Source: an uncultured bacterium
GTDB taxonomy: Bacteria > Bacillota > Limnochordia > DTU080 > JAAYLA01
DNA length: 64,000 nt
NCBI GenBank assembly: GCA_937983075.1
Contig: CALKAQ010000031.1
Coordinates: 1,717 to 65,716 of the forward strand
Reading direction: 5' to 3'
Both the position numbers and the translations under genes were made by a program. Of the stretch, positions 10,046 to 19,888 are shown in pieces (within the stretch, counting starts at the first letter, position 1; every line of letters starts with the position of its first letter). The notes beneath the pieces are model-generated. The model saw only the letters and a program-made list of their open reading frames with translations, was not told where the DNA came from and did no database searches.

Positions 10046-11395
10046 TTGACGGAGCCGGAAAAAGTAGAACATTTTGTGTTGACGTTCTTCGCTGCGACCG
10101 GATGTCGGGTGCAGCGAAGAGATCGAGTCTGGATCGCTCATTTACCGGAACACATGGCGAAGGCTTTCGGAGTGGATGAGCGGCTTGTTTTCACGTTTCA
10201 GCCTGAACAAGCGTCTTCCAACGTTGAAGTCCTGACACGTGGTCATCGACTTGTCGACGTCATGGTGCAGTACGCTCAGCAGCGTGGGCGTTCATGCAAC
10301 GTCATTTACCTCGGGTCTCAATGGAACGAGATCGTCCGACAAGCTGCCGCTTCTGATCCGTGGCAGATGGGATACCGTCCGGCAGTGCCGCGGCTCGTCC
10401 GGATGGTCGAAACCCTGCGTTCGCTGCGGTTCGTCAACGCCCGTCAGCGTATCATTCAGCGGCGGGTTCTCTATCAACGGCAAGCCTTGTTTCGGTTTCG
10501 GGTCGCGTTTTGTGCCGATGAGAAGCGAGAGATGTTGTATTCCGTGCTCGCCGACCCGAGTACGGAAACAATCGACAGCGTGGTCGACATCGGCGGCGGC
10601 GTCGCCATGCCGGCGGTATGGCGGGGAAAAAACGAAGCTTCCCAACGTGTGCAAACGAAGTTTTTTCCCACGCCGCCATTCGGCCGCCGAAAGAATTTCA
10701 TGTCCAGAGAGGCGAGTTGGCAAGCAGGTGAGGCGGCTTTGCGTCAAGGCAATGCGTATGTGTGGCTTCGGTTGTATCGCAAGGCGTGTGAATACTTGGA
10801 GAATCACATGCTCACGGAAAAACTTCGTTTCGAAGCAGAAGCAGCCGCTCGGCTTGCCGCTGAAAAAAATCGTCTCGACGCGTACTACCGCGGCTTGGCT
10901 GCCGAAACCGTTGATCCGCTGCGCCGGGTATTTAGCCGCATGGCAGCTGCAGAAATGCGGATGGGGTGGGGGGGAGAGCGCGGTACGTGGGAGACACGGC
11001 TGGAACGATTGCGCGCTGAAGCCGTGAGACTGCGACATCAACACGTGGACGAATTGGAAAACTTGGCAGCCGAACGGGAACGCAGGCTCGAAGAACTGCT
11101 GGACCGATATCGAGTCAAAACTGAAATATCGCTGGTGCAAGTTTCGCTTATCCACGTGCCTCGCATCGCTTGGAATTTGCGCCTCACTGGTCCGAGCCGA
11201 CGGGAAGTCACCGTACTTTACGACATCATTCGGGAACGAATCTTGGAACCGCTGTGTGATGCTTGTGAAAACATGTTGACGGGCAACGCGTTGTTGAGTT
11301 GCTGCGGCGATGTCGTGTGCCAAAGTTGCGGAAAGGCCTGTCCAACTTGCGGTGAGTCCGTGGGTGCGACCGCGCCGCGTGAAGTCGGCGGATGA
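10046..11395 (+). CDS. YqhG-like helicase partner protein with C-terminal coiled coil and Cys-rich zinc-ribbon-like tail, module 1
   Basis: N-terminal FVLTFFAATGCRV resembles the Bacillus YqhG N-terminus (from memory); 14 nt after helicase stop; Arg/Glu-rich coiled coil; C-terminal CDACEN...CCGDVVCQSCGKACPTCGE. Confidence 0.55.
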   Translation: MTEPEKVEHFVLTFFAATGCRVQRRDRVWIAHLPEHMAKAFGVDERLVFTFQPEQASSNVEVLTRGHRLVDVMVQYAQQRGRSCNVIYLGSQWNEIVRQAAASDPWQMGYRPAVPRLVRMVETLRSLRFVNARQRIIQRRVLYQRQALFRFRVAFCADEKREMLYSVLADPSTETIDSVVDIGGGVAMPAVWRGKNEASQRVQTKFFPTPPFGRRKNFMSREASWQAGEAALRQGNAYVWLRLYRKACEYLENHMLTEKLRFEAEAAARLAAEKNRLDAYYRGLAAETVDPLRRVFSRMAAAEMRMGWGGERGTWETRLERLRAEAVRLRHQHVDELENLAAERERRLEELLDRYRVKTEISLVQVSLIHVPRIAWNLRLTGPSRREVTVLYDIIRERILEPLCDACENMLTGNALLSCCGDVVCQSCGKACPTCGESVGATAPREVGG

Positions 11396-11411
11396 TCCGG
11401 TGCCTTCAACG

Positions 11412-12281
11412 CTATTCGATTCGGCGCAGTTCCGTCTCCGGGCAGTAGAGCAGCAGACCGAGCCGAGCCCGAAGTTGAATCCGGGGTTGAAATCGACGGT
11501 ACACCTCGGCGATCGCCTGTTTTTGCAGTTGTTCAAGGTTTTCGTCTTTGTTCGGTCCTTCAGCCGCACGTGTTGCAAAGTACTGGTTTACCTGGTCCAG
11601 TTCGGTGTAGAAACGATCGATTGCCTGGTGATACCAGCGCCACAAGGCCGGATCTTCAACGAGGGCTTGTTTGATCGCTTCGCAAGCGATATCAAAAGCG
11701 TGTTGGTAACGCAATTCCCGGCGGCGGCGTTGCGAACGCGGTACACGCTGTTCATCAAGCGGAAGAGTGAGCAATGCTTCGGCTAAGGTTCGGCTGGCTG
11801 ACCCGTCCACCAAATCGACGGCCATAGGACAGGAACGGGTTACCCGCAGGCTGCAGCAGCGTCCGATCTCGAATCCAAACAGGGCGATGGGCCGATAGAA
11901 CTCGCTCTTCTCGGTGTGCCGCGGCACGATTCTCAGGCGGCTCAAATGACCTATGCGCCAAGCGGATGCGAGCATTTGACGCAGCCGCAGAGCGTGAAGG
12001 CCAATGTGCTCAATGCGGTCGTCTTGCCGATCGACCGGTTGCGTTGGGTCTTGAATTCCCAGATACAAGGTGGTCCAGTCGGGAATGGACTGCATGGTGT
12101 ACCAAGTTCCCAGCGGCCGATTTTCCAGTTCGCACACTTGATCGCGACTTAGTTCGGCGCGTATGATTCCCGGCTCGGGGTGTTCAACTCGCGCTCCCAG
12201 CGCCTTCAGGTAAGCCAATGCAAATTCCGTGGTTGCGTCTGGGGGGTGAGTGGACTGCGTCAACAGAGACATGATGATCAC
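11412..12281 (-). CDS. YqhG-like helicase partner protein, module 2
   Basis: N-terminal EFALAYLKALGARVE parallels partner 1 and YqhG; sits 13 nt downstream of helicase 2 on the minus strand; no zinc-ribbon tail. Confidence 0.5.
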   Translation of the reverse strand: MIIMSLLTQSTHPPDATTEFALAYLKALGARVEHPEPGIIRAELSRDQVCELENRPLGTWYTMQSIPDWTTLYLGIQDPTQPVDRQDDRIEHIGLHALRLRQMLASAWRIGHLSRLRIVPRHTEKSEFYRPIALFGFEIGRCCSLRVTRSCPMAVDLVDGSASRTLAEALLTLPLDEQRVPRSQRRRRELRYQHAFDIACEAIKQALVEDPALWRWYHQAIDRFYTELDQVNQYFATRAAEGPNKDENLEQLQKQAIAEVYRRFQPRIQLRARLGLLLYCPETELRRIE

Positions 12282-12293
12282 CAGCCTCTTCTT

Positions 12294-14138
12294 TTAACTG
12301 AGGAATTGATCGATCGTCGGTCGGCTGCGCAGCTCCTCACGGTAAGCTTCAAACGCAGCGGCCAAATCATCGAGTTTGCGTCGAATCTCACTTGGATCAT
12401 CGGCTTCGGCCAATATTTGCGCCAATGCCTCTTCCCACGAGCGCTTGAGGGGCATGCCGGTCAGAATGTCATCGAGCTCGCCGACGGCCATTTCAAACAG
12501 CCGAATCTTGTCTTGCAACAGGTACATGATGTGTTCTTCGATCGTGCCGCGCAAAGTGAAATTATACACATGAACCGGCCGGGTTTGGCCAAGCCGGTGG
12601 ATGCGCCCGATCCGCTGTTCGAGCTTCATCGGGTTCCATGGCAAATCGTAGTTGACCACGTGGCAGCAAAATTGGAAGTTCAACCCTTCGCCACCCGATT
12701 CAGTGCTCACCAGCACTTGACCGTGCCGACGAAACAACTCCTTCGTCCACTCTTTCCGGCTGGAAGAAAGATCTCCGCTGAAGCCCATGGCTACGATGTT
12801 ATATTGCTGCAGTTTGCTCAGCAGCCATTGTTGTGTGGCGCGATACTCGGTAAACACGATGACTTGCTCGCCCAGTTTGCGAATGAGGTCGAGGAGGGTG
12901 TGCAGTTTAGCTTGCTCTTCGAGGGCGAGCGCCTGGGTCATCAACGCGGTGTATTGATTTGCCGCGTCATCGTGAGTGCTTCGTTGTGCCAGGCGATGCA
13001 GCGTCACGGCACATGCTTTGCCGCTTGAACACGCTTCGCGGAGCAGGAGAATGCGTGTGAGAGCGACTTGAATCGGATCGCCGAGCTCCCGGTTGCCACG
13101 CGAAAAGCTTTGCGAGAGATTTTGATAAAATGCTGCCTCGGCCGGCAGTGGATCGAGATGGAAAAAATGTACATGTCTCGGCACGAGTTCAACGGTCTCC
13201 GGTCCCCGCCGATTGCGAATGATGATGCGTTCCAGCTGCGAACGCAGCGCTTCAGGATGACGCACGGTCCTCCGGTCTTCCATGTGGGTGCGGCGGAATT
13301 GCCGATACGTGCCGAGCATTCCGGGGGCGATCAGCTGCACGAGATTATACAGCTCACGGAGATCATTTTGGATGGGGGTGGCCGTGAGAAGCAAACTGAA
13401 TGTCTTGGTGAGACTTCGAAAAAAACGGTAATTGTGGGTCCGTTCATTTTTGACGCGGTGAGCTTCGTCCAAGATGATCATGTCGTATGGAATCGAACGC
13501 AAAATTTCAGCGTGGGGAGGACGTTTCGCCGTGTCGAGCGAGGCAATGAGGACATCGGAACGTTCCCAGTCGTATTCGCTGCGTTGAATACCGGCGGAAA
13601 TCAAGAATTTGTCTTTGAGTTCCTGGTACCATTGCCACATGAGCGCTGCGGGGCAGAGAATCAGCGCTTTCCGGACTTGGCCGCGCAAAATATATTCTTT
13701 AAGAATCAGACCGGCTTCGATGGTTTTGCCGAGTCCCACTTCATCGGCGAGAATGGCCCGTCCACCCATCTCCGTAATCACGCGTTCGGCGGCACGCAAT
13801 TGGTGCGGATAGGGAACAACCCCCACTTTGCGCCAATGGCTCGCCAAGTAATGAGGAGCAATGAGCGTATCCTCAGGCAGGCATTCGAGCTCCAGCGCTT
13901 TCCATGCCAACATGGTCCAAGGGTGGCGAGCATATTTATGTTGGCGTTTGCGTGCCAGCAGGTTGGTCGGGGAGCTCTGCGAAATTTCCACCGCAAGTTG
14001 ATCAGCCAAGATTTCAGGGCTGCTCCATGTTTCATGGGGGGCCATAGGGGTTGGCTTGAAGTCGGTGAAGCCGAGAAGGGGTACTGTGATCGTGATATCC
14101 GAGAAAGCTTCCATCGTCACCGTCCTTACCGTTCTCAA
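12294..14138 (-). CDS. SNF2/SWI2-family helicase (YqhH-like), module 2
   Basis: ILADEVGLGKTIEAG, ILDEAHRVKN, LLLTATPIQNDLRELYNL, QRIGRIHRLGQ; roughly half the residues identical to helicase 1 across the ATPase core by eye. Confidence 0.85.
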   Translation of the reverse strand: MRTVRTVTMEAFSDITITVPLLGFTDFKPTPMAPHETWSSPEILADQLAVEISQSSPTNLLARKRQHKYARHPWTMLAWKALELECLPEDTLIAPHYLASHWRKVGVVPYPHQLRAAERVITEMGGRAILADEVGLGKTIEAGLILKEYILRGQVRKALILCPAALMWQWYQELKDKFLISAGIQRSEYDWERSDVLIASLDTAKRPPHAEILRSIPYDMIILDEAHRVKNERTHNYRFFRSLTKTFSLLLTATPIQNDLRELYNLVQLIAPGMLGTYRQFRRTHMEDRRTVRHPEALRSQLERIIIRNRRGPETVELVPRHVHFFHLDPLPAEAAFYQNLSQSFSRGNRELGDPIQVALTRILLLREACSSGKACAVTLHRLAQRSTHDDAANQYTALMTQALALEEQAKLHTLLDLIRKLGEQVIVFTEYRATQQWLLSKLQQYNIVAMGFSGDLSSSRKEWTKELFRRHGQVLVSTESGGEGLNFQFCCHVVNYDLPWNPMKLEQRIGRIHRLGQTRPVHVYNFTLRGTIEEHIMYLLQDKIRLFEMAVGELDDILTGMPLKRSWEEALAQILAEADDPSEIRRKLDDLAAAFEAYREELRSRPTIDQFLS

Positions 14139-14234
14139 AATTGACGCAGCCGCTGAAGCGGCGGTGGGACCGGATGTTAGTTTGGCACATGCAGCTTCGA
14201 ACTATAATCCGGTTATAATCCGGCAGAAAGGGCT

Positions 14235-14263
14235 TGGCGTCCGGCGAATTATGCGGTATAATA
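14235..14263 (+). promoter_or_regulatory. Sigma-A type promoter for the tRNA-Ala gene (-35 TTGGCG, 17 nt spacer, -10 TATAAT)
   Basis: TTGGCG 14235-14240 and TATAAT 14258-14263, about 27 nt upstream of tRNA 5-prime end. Confidence 0.6.
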
Positions 14264-14289
14264 GGTGTCGTGCGGAACGGCAAAGCCTT

Positions 14290-14365
14290 GGGCCTGTAGC
14301 TCAGTTGGGAGAGCGCTGCGTTCGCAACGCAGAGGCCACGGGTTCGAATCCCGTCAGGTCCACCA
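14290..14365 (+). tRNA. tRNA-Ala (anticodon CGC), CCA encoded
   Basis: Cloverleaf folded by hand: acceptor GGGCCTG/CAGGTCC with G3-U70, D-arm GCTC-AGTTGGGA-GAGC, anticodon loop TTCGCAA, T-arm ACGGG-TTCGAAT-CCCGT, 3-prime ACCA. Confidence 0.9.
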
Positions 14366-14494
14366 TATAGCAAGTCGGCGTCACGTCGCGGAACCATGCC
14401 ATTGAGGTATATACGCTTGAATTTTTGGCTAAACTGATAGCGGCGCTGACGTCGTCGCATGCATGACTCAAACGGAGATGCATTTGCTTTTGGA

Positions 14495-14526
14495 GGTCGG
14501 CGTTCTTACGCCGGCTATTTTTTTTA
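14495..14526 (+). terminator. Rho-independent terminator downstream of tRNA-Ala
   Basis: GTCGGCG-TTCTTA-CGCCGGC hairpin followed by TATTTTTTTT. Confidence 0.65.
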
Positions 14527-14692
14527 TCAAGCAAAAGATATGTTTCACTATTTTAAGGTGGGAAAGATGACAAAAGGTTCACTTGACGATGATGATTCTA
14601 AGTTGACGCGAAAGGAAGCTTGTGGTATTCTATAATCGGCGTAGCTTCAATTGCTTCTCGCCGGAAATTTGCTTAGGAGGCTTCTTTGACTC

Positions 14693-14935
14693 ATGGAGCG
14701 TGGCAAGGTCAAATGGTTCAGCAACGAGAAGGGCTATGGGTTTATTGAAAGAGACGGCGGGGAAGACGTTTTCGTACACTACTCTTCGATTGAGCAAGAA
14801 GGGTTTAAGACCTTAGATGAAGGGCAAGAAGTGGAATTTGAGATTGTTCAGGGCGCTCGCGGTCCTCAAGCCGCTAACGTCCGGAAACTCAACGGATCAT
14901 CGTCAACGTCTCTTCGTTACGATGACGACCTCTAA
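14693..14935 (+). CDS. Cold-shock protein (CspA family) with short C-terminal extension
   Basis: [19 protein letters not shown]1 and [11 protein letters not shown]2 motifs; AGGAGG 12 nt upstream; 80 aa versus usual 66-67. Confidence 0.9.
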   Translation: MERGKVKWFSNEKGYGFIERDGGEDVFVHYSSIEQEGFKTLDEGQEVEFEIVQGARGPQAANVRKLNGSSSTSLRYDDDL

Positions 14936-15013
14936 ATTTGCAGCCGATGCGACAACGGTAACATGAAGACGTTCCTTGACGGCATTCGAGCGGTTACACC
15001 CTTCGGATAAACA

Positions 15014-15044
15014 AAAGACCCCGTGCTTTGGGCACGGGGTCTTT
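15014..15044. terminator. Bidirectional intrinsic terminator shared by csp (plus) and nuoN (minus)
   Basis: Perfect 13-bp inverted repeat AAAGACCCCGTGC-TTTG-GCACGGGGTCTTT flanked by A-tract and T-tract. Confidence 0.8.
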
Positions 15045-15054
15045 GGCTTGTCAA

Positions 15055-16479
15055 TCAAGGAGTAAAGCTGATCGCTGAAACGATGCCGACAAGAGGTTCG
15101 GGGAACACGCCGAACAACACGGAGCTGATCACAGCAAGCACAAGCACCACCGTGATCGGTATGCCCGCCGCAAGACGAGTTCCGGGTTCACGTTCACGCA
15201 AATACATGTTCCGGATGATCCTAAAGTAGTACGCCACCGACAGTACACTGTTGAGGACAACCGCTGCACCCATCCATACGAGCCCAGCGTCTACCGCTGC
15301 GCGGAACAAGAGGAACTTGCCGAAAAATCCGGCGGTCGGCGGAATGCCCGCTAGGGAGAGCATGAGAATCGTCATTGCTAAAGCGACTCCCGGCGAGCGC
15401 TGGGCTAGACCGATGAAATCCTTGATTTCATCGGCCGGTACGTGGTTGGAGAGGAAAATGACGACTCCGAACGCTCCGATGGTCATAATGGCGTAGACAA
15501 ATAGGTAAAACAGCATGGCCGATGCGCCCGCAGGCGTGGCAATCGCGAGACCGACCAGCACGTAACCGGCCTGAGCGACGGCCGAATAAGCCAGCATACG
15601 CTTGACTCGATGCTGCGCAAGCGCGCCGATGTTGCCGAAGGTCATCGTGGCGAGGGCAACCAACGCCAAAACGATCTGCCAGTCTTCCGCCAGCTGCGGC
15701 AAAGCGACAAACAAAATGCGCAGCAGAACCGCAAAGCCGGCTGCTTCGGACGCCGTGATTAAGAACGCACTCACCGGGGTGGGGGAGCCGTCGTATACAT
15801 CAGGTGCCCACATATGCAGCGGGAAAGCAGCTACTTTGACGCCGAGACCGACAAGGAGGAAGAGACCCGCGGCACTGAGCAGCGCGAGTTGCCCACCGGC
15901 AAGGCTCGGAATGCTTTCGGCGATAGCTTGCAAATTTGTCGTACCTGCGGCGCCGTACAACAGCGAAATGCCGAAAAGCATGATGGCTGATGATACGGCA
16001 CCGATCAAGAGAAATTTGATGGATGCTTCGTGCGACCGAATGTCGTTTTTGCGCATGCCTGCGAGTACGTATGACGGCAGCGCAAGCAATTCGAGGCCGA
16101 GGAAAATGGTAATAAAATCAAGTGACCCGGCCATGAGAATGGCTCCGAGAGTAGCCAGCGTAATCAACACGTAAAATTCGCCGGTACGAACCCGATGCTT
16201 CCGCAAGTATTCACCGGAGCTGAGAAAGACAAGGCCAAGAATGATCAAGAAAACGATCTTAAAGAAAGAAGCAAAGGGGTCGTGGCGAAGCTGCATACCC
16301 CAAAGATCGGTCGGTTCTTGCCCGTAGTTGGCTACCACCGCCGCAAGTGCGGCGATGGTACCCAACACACCGACAATGACCACGGGGCGTTTGCTCTGCC
16401 GGGCAGCGAGATCGACTCCGATAAGGATCAACCCCAGCCCTGCCAAGATGAATTCAGGCAGGATCAGCATGAGGTCCAA
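15055..16479 (-). CDS. nuoN: NADH-quinone oxidoreductase subunit N
   Basis: 14-TM antiporter-like subunit; last gene of the nuo operon. Confidence 0.85.
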   Translation of the reverse strand: MDLMLILPEFILAGLGLILIGVDLAARQSKRPVVIVGVLGTIAALAAVVANYGQEPTDLWGMQLRHDPFASFFKIVFLIILGLVFLSSGEYLRKHRVRTGEFYVLITLATLGAILMAGSLDFITIFLGLELLALPSYVLAGMRKNDIRSHEASIKFLLIGAVSSAIMLFGISLLYGAAGTTNLQAIAESIPSLAGGQLALLSAAGLFLLVGLGVKVAAFPLHMWAPDVYDGSPTPVSAFLITASEAAGFAVLLRILFVALPQLAEDWQIVLALVALATMTFGNIGALAQHRVKRMLAYSAVAQAGYVLVGLAIATPAGASAMLFYLFVYAIMTIGAFGVVIFLSNHVPADEIKDFIGLAQRSPGVALAMTILMLSLAGIPPTAGFFGKFLLFRAAVDAGLVWMGAAVVLNSVLSVAYYFRIIRNMYLREREPGTRLAAGIPITVVLVLAVISSVLFGVFPEPLVGIVSAISFTP

Positions 16480-16482
16480 GGA

Positions 16483-17943
16483 TTACACCCCTCCCAGGCG
16501 GCTAACCAAGCTTACCACAGCGGGATTCATGAGCCCAAGCAGCAGCGCCGGATAGACGCCGAGTACAACCGTCAAAATCATGAGGGGGACGCCGACAACG
16601 AGTTCCCGTCCGGTAATGTCCGCCAGCGCTGCTTCGGTTTTCGGCTGGCCCATGAGAACACGTTGCATCATCCACAAATGGTAGCCGGCGGTAATGGCCA
16701 GACCGATAGCCGCGACAATGACCACTGCGCGCAAGGCTTCAAAGCTGCCGACGAACGTGAAGAATTCGCCGACGAAGCCGGACAGACCCGGCAGGCCGAG
16801 ATTGGCGAATGCTGCGAAAGCCAAGATGGTAGCAGCCACCGGCATTTTCACAAACAGCCCGCCCATATCGCCCATCATCCGCGTGTGTACACGATCGTAA
16901 AAGACACTGCCAACCAGGAAGAACAGGAGCGGCGAGATGACCCCGTGCGAGATCATTACGTACATCGCGCCGTTCATGGACATTTCGGTACCCGCGGCCA
17001 AGCCGAGCATGACGAAGCCCATGTGGCTGATCGAAGAATAGGCGACCAGCTTCTTGAGGTCCTTTTGCGCCATGGCCGCCAGAGCGCCGTAGATGATGTT
17101 AAAGGCGGCAAGAATGCCAATGACCAGAGCGAACTGAGAGGCGGCTTCCGGGAACGTCGGATAGGCGATCCGGAAAAATCCGTACGTACCCGTTTTCAGC
17201 AGCACGCCGGCGAGAATCATGGAGCCACCCGTAGGAGCTTCAACGTGAGCATCCGGCAGCCACGTATGGAACGGCCAAACGGGTACTTTGACCGCAAAAC
17301 CGAACGCAAACGCCAAGAAGAACCAGAAGGCAAGGCGTGGATCGATGCCTTGAGCAGCTTCGGCAAGCGCTAGAATGTTGAACGTCTGCGCACCGGTGGA
17401 CAGATACAACGCGAGAATGCCTACGAGCATGATCGCGCTGCCGACCAAGGTGTAGATGAAGAATTTGATGGCAGCATACTCTCGGCGCTCTCCGCCCCAG
17501 ATGCCAATGATAAAGTACATCGGTACGAGCAAGAGTTCCCAGAAAATGAAGAAGAGGACGTAGTCAAGCGCAAGGAACACCCCGTACATGGCCGTCTGCA
17601 GGGTGAGCATCCAGGCGTAGAATTCTTTGACGCGGTGGTCGATGTTCCAGGATGCCACGATGGCCAACACGCTGACAAGCGCCGTCACCCACAAGAGAGG
17701 GAAGCTGATGCCGTCGACTCCGACGTGGTACTCGGCGCCAATGGAAGGGATCCATTGAACTTGCTGCACGAGCTGCATGGCCGGATTGGACGGGTCGAAG
17801 GCTCCCCAAATTACGAACAGTAATGCCAGCGGAATCAACGAAACGATCAAAGCGAATCCCTTGATCGTGCCCGGTTTGTCTTTGGGTAGCAAAAGCGTTA
17901 CCAGGGCACCGATGAGCGGGATGAAGATGAGTGCGGTAAGCAT
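16483..17943 (-). CDS. nuoM: NADH-quinone oxidoreductase subunit M
   Basis: Antiporter-like subunit with conserved LAYSSISHMG motif. Confidence 0.85.
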   Translation of the reverse strand: MLTALIFIPLIGALVTLLLPKDKPGTIKGFALIVSLIPLALLFVIWGAFDPSNPAMQLVQQVQWIPSIGAEYHVGVDGISFPLLWVTALVSVLAIVASWNIDHRVKEFYAWMLTLQTAMYGVFLALDYVLFFIFWELLLVPMYFIIGIWGGERREYAAIKFFIYTLVGSAIMLVGILALYLSTGAQTFNILALAEAAQGIDPRLAFWFFLAFAFGFAVKVPVWPFHTWLPDAHVEAPTGGSMILAGVLLKTGTYGFFRIAYPTFPEAASQFALVIGILAAFNIIYGALAAMAQKDLKKLVAYSSISHMGFVMLGLAAGTEMSMNGAMYVMISHGVISPLLFFLVGSVFYDRVHTRMMGDMGGLFVKMPVAATILAFAAFANLGLPGLSGFVGEFFTFVGSFEALRAVVIVAAIGLAITAGYHLWMMQRVLMGQPKTEAALADITGRELVVGVPLMILTVVLGVYPALLLGLMNPAVVSLVSRLGGV

Positions 17944-17947
17944 TTGC

Positions 17948-19888
17948 CTAGAAACCTCCTATGGCTATGATGAGCAAGCCGGCAACAACCGTCAGGAAGA
18001 TCACGAGGATGTACGACTGAATGTAACCGCTCTGAATTCGGCGGAACAGTCCGCCACCCGCTTGAACTCCTGTCGCAACGCCGTGGACTGCACCATCGAC
18101 CACATCTTTGTCGAATTCGCCTGTCGACCCGGCAGCTCTTGATGCGCCGAGGCCAATGGCGTTGACAATTCCGTCGACGACGACGCGGTCGAACCACCCG
18201 ACCACCCGGGCAAGCAAGACGGTGCCTTTCACAAATACGAGGTTGTAAAAATCGTCAACGTAATAACGTTCCAACAAGAGTCGGTGGATCGGTCGAAGAC
18301 GTTCACGGACGACTTCCGTGGGAATGATGCGATATCCGTATGCGACGACGGCCACACCTACACCGATGATCCAAGCCAACGTCGCAATGGTCATAACAAA
18401 ACCGGATTGCAGCGGTTCACCGGGCTGGTTGAAGAAGACGAAGCTGCCGAACCAGTAACCGGACAATCCCGAATTCATGAAACCGACGACGACGGTGAGC
18501 GCACCGAGAATAATGAGCGGAATCGTCATGGATGCCGGAGATTCTTTGGCCGCATTGTATCGATCGGCATCGCGTGGCGTTCCAAAGAACGTGAGAACGG
18601 TGGCTCGTGTGATGTAAAAAGCCGTCAACGTCGCTGCGGCGACGGAAATCCAAAACAGTGCCGGATGGCCGTGGAAGAAAACATCGAGCATAATTTCTTC
18701 CTTGCTCCAGAATCCAGCGAGCGGGGGAATACCCGCAAGAGCCGCAGCACCAATGAGCCAAGTCCAAAACGTCGTCGGCATCTTGTGGCGCAAGCCGCCC
18801 ATTTCCCGCATGTCTTGGGTGTTCGTGCCGTGGATGACCGAACCCGATGCGAGAAAGAGCAGCGCCTTGAAAACGGCGTGGGTAACGAGGTGGAATATCG
18901 CCGCCGTATAGCCGCCTACGCCTAAGGCCAGCATCATGAAGCCGAGCTGGCTGATGGTGGAAAACGCCAGCACGCGTTTGATGTCATTTTGTACGAGAGC
19001 GATGCTCGCTGCGAAAATCGCCGTGAATCCGCCTACCCAAGCTACGGAAGTCAGCGCCAATGTGGAAGGCTCGAAGATGACGTATGACCTCGCGACGAGA
19101 TACACACCGGCTGCTACCATGGTGGCCGCGTGAATCAACGCACTCACTGCCGTCGGACCCGCCATGGCGTCGGGAAGCCATACGTGCAAGGGAAATTGAG
19201 CCGATTTTCCGACGGCGCCGAGGAAGATCAGAATCGCGGTGATTCCAAGCGCGATTCCCGCCAGATCTCCGGCTTGAACTGCATTCGCCACGGCGGAAAA
19301 CTCAAACGATCCGGTATGGACCCAAAGCAAAATCAGGCCAATCAGCATGCCGATGTCACCAACGCGCGTGGTCAAAAACGCTTTCATGGCGGCATGGCCG
19401 ACTTCCTGCTGTTCAAACCAATGACCGATCAACAGGAACGAGCAAAGGCCTACGAGCTCCCAAAAGATAAAGAGTAAAAGGAAGTTGTCGGCCAGAACGA
19501 GGCCGAGCATGGAGAACGAAAAAAGCGACAAAATGCTGTAGTAGCGCTTGTAACGCCGGTCACCGTGCATATAGCCGAGTGAGTAGACTTGGACCAGCAG
19601 GCTGATCAAGGTGACAACGACGAGCATGGTCGCCGTCAGCGCGTCGACCTGGAAACCCATGTAAAACGCTGAGTCTCCGAACTCGGCCCAAAGAAAGCTG
19701 CGCGAGACCGTGGACCCGCCCACGACGTCGAAAAACACGCCGAGGGAGAGGAGGAAGGATACCGCAATGGCGGCGATGCCCAAGCGATCGCCATTGCCGG
19801 GGAACTTATGCCCGATCAGGGCGATGATAAGCCATGCGGCCAAGGGTAACGTTGGTATAAGCCACGCTAATTCAGCCACGGTTCCCAC
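17948..19888 (-). CDS. nuoL: NADH-quinone oxidoreductase subunit L
   Basis: 646 aa antiporter-like subunit with long C-terminal lateral-helix region. Confidence 0.85.
   Translation of the reverse strand: MGTVAELAWLIPTLPLAAWLIIALIGHKFPGNGDRLGIAAIAVSFLLSLGVFFDVVGGSTVSRSFLWAEFGDSAFYMGFQVDALTATMLVVVTLISLLVQVYSLGYMHGDRRYKRYYSILSLFSFSMLGLVLADNFLLLFIFWELVGLCSFLLIGHWFEQQEVGHAAMKAFLTTRVGDIGMLIGLILLWVHTGSFEFSAVANAVQAGDLAGIALGITAILIFLGAVGKSAQFPLHVWLPDAMAGPTAVSALIHAATMVAAGVYLVARSYVIFEPSTLALTSVAWVGGFTAIFAASIALVQNDIKRVLAFSTISQLGFMMLALGVGGYTAAIFHLVTHAVFKALLFLASGSVIHGTNTQDMREMGGLRHKMPTTFWTWLIGAAALAGIPPLAGFWSKEEIMLDVFFHGHPALFWISVAAATLTAFYITRATVLTFFGTPRDADRYNAAKESPASMTIPLIILGALTVVVGFMNSGLSGYWFGSFVFFNQPGEPLQSGFVMTIATLAWIIGVGVAVVAYGYRIIPTEVVRERLRPIHRLLLERYYVDDFYNLVFVKGTVLLARVVGWFDRVVVDGIVNAIGLGASRAAGSTGEFDKDVVDGAVHGVATGVQAGGGLFRRIQSGYIQSYILVIFLTVVAGLLIIAIGGF

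Noticed and set aside
14032-14460. 142-aa minus-strand ORF spanning the tRNA-Ala gene
   Set aside because: It overlaps a confidently folded tRNA and its promoter and terminator, and has no RBS or coding signature.
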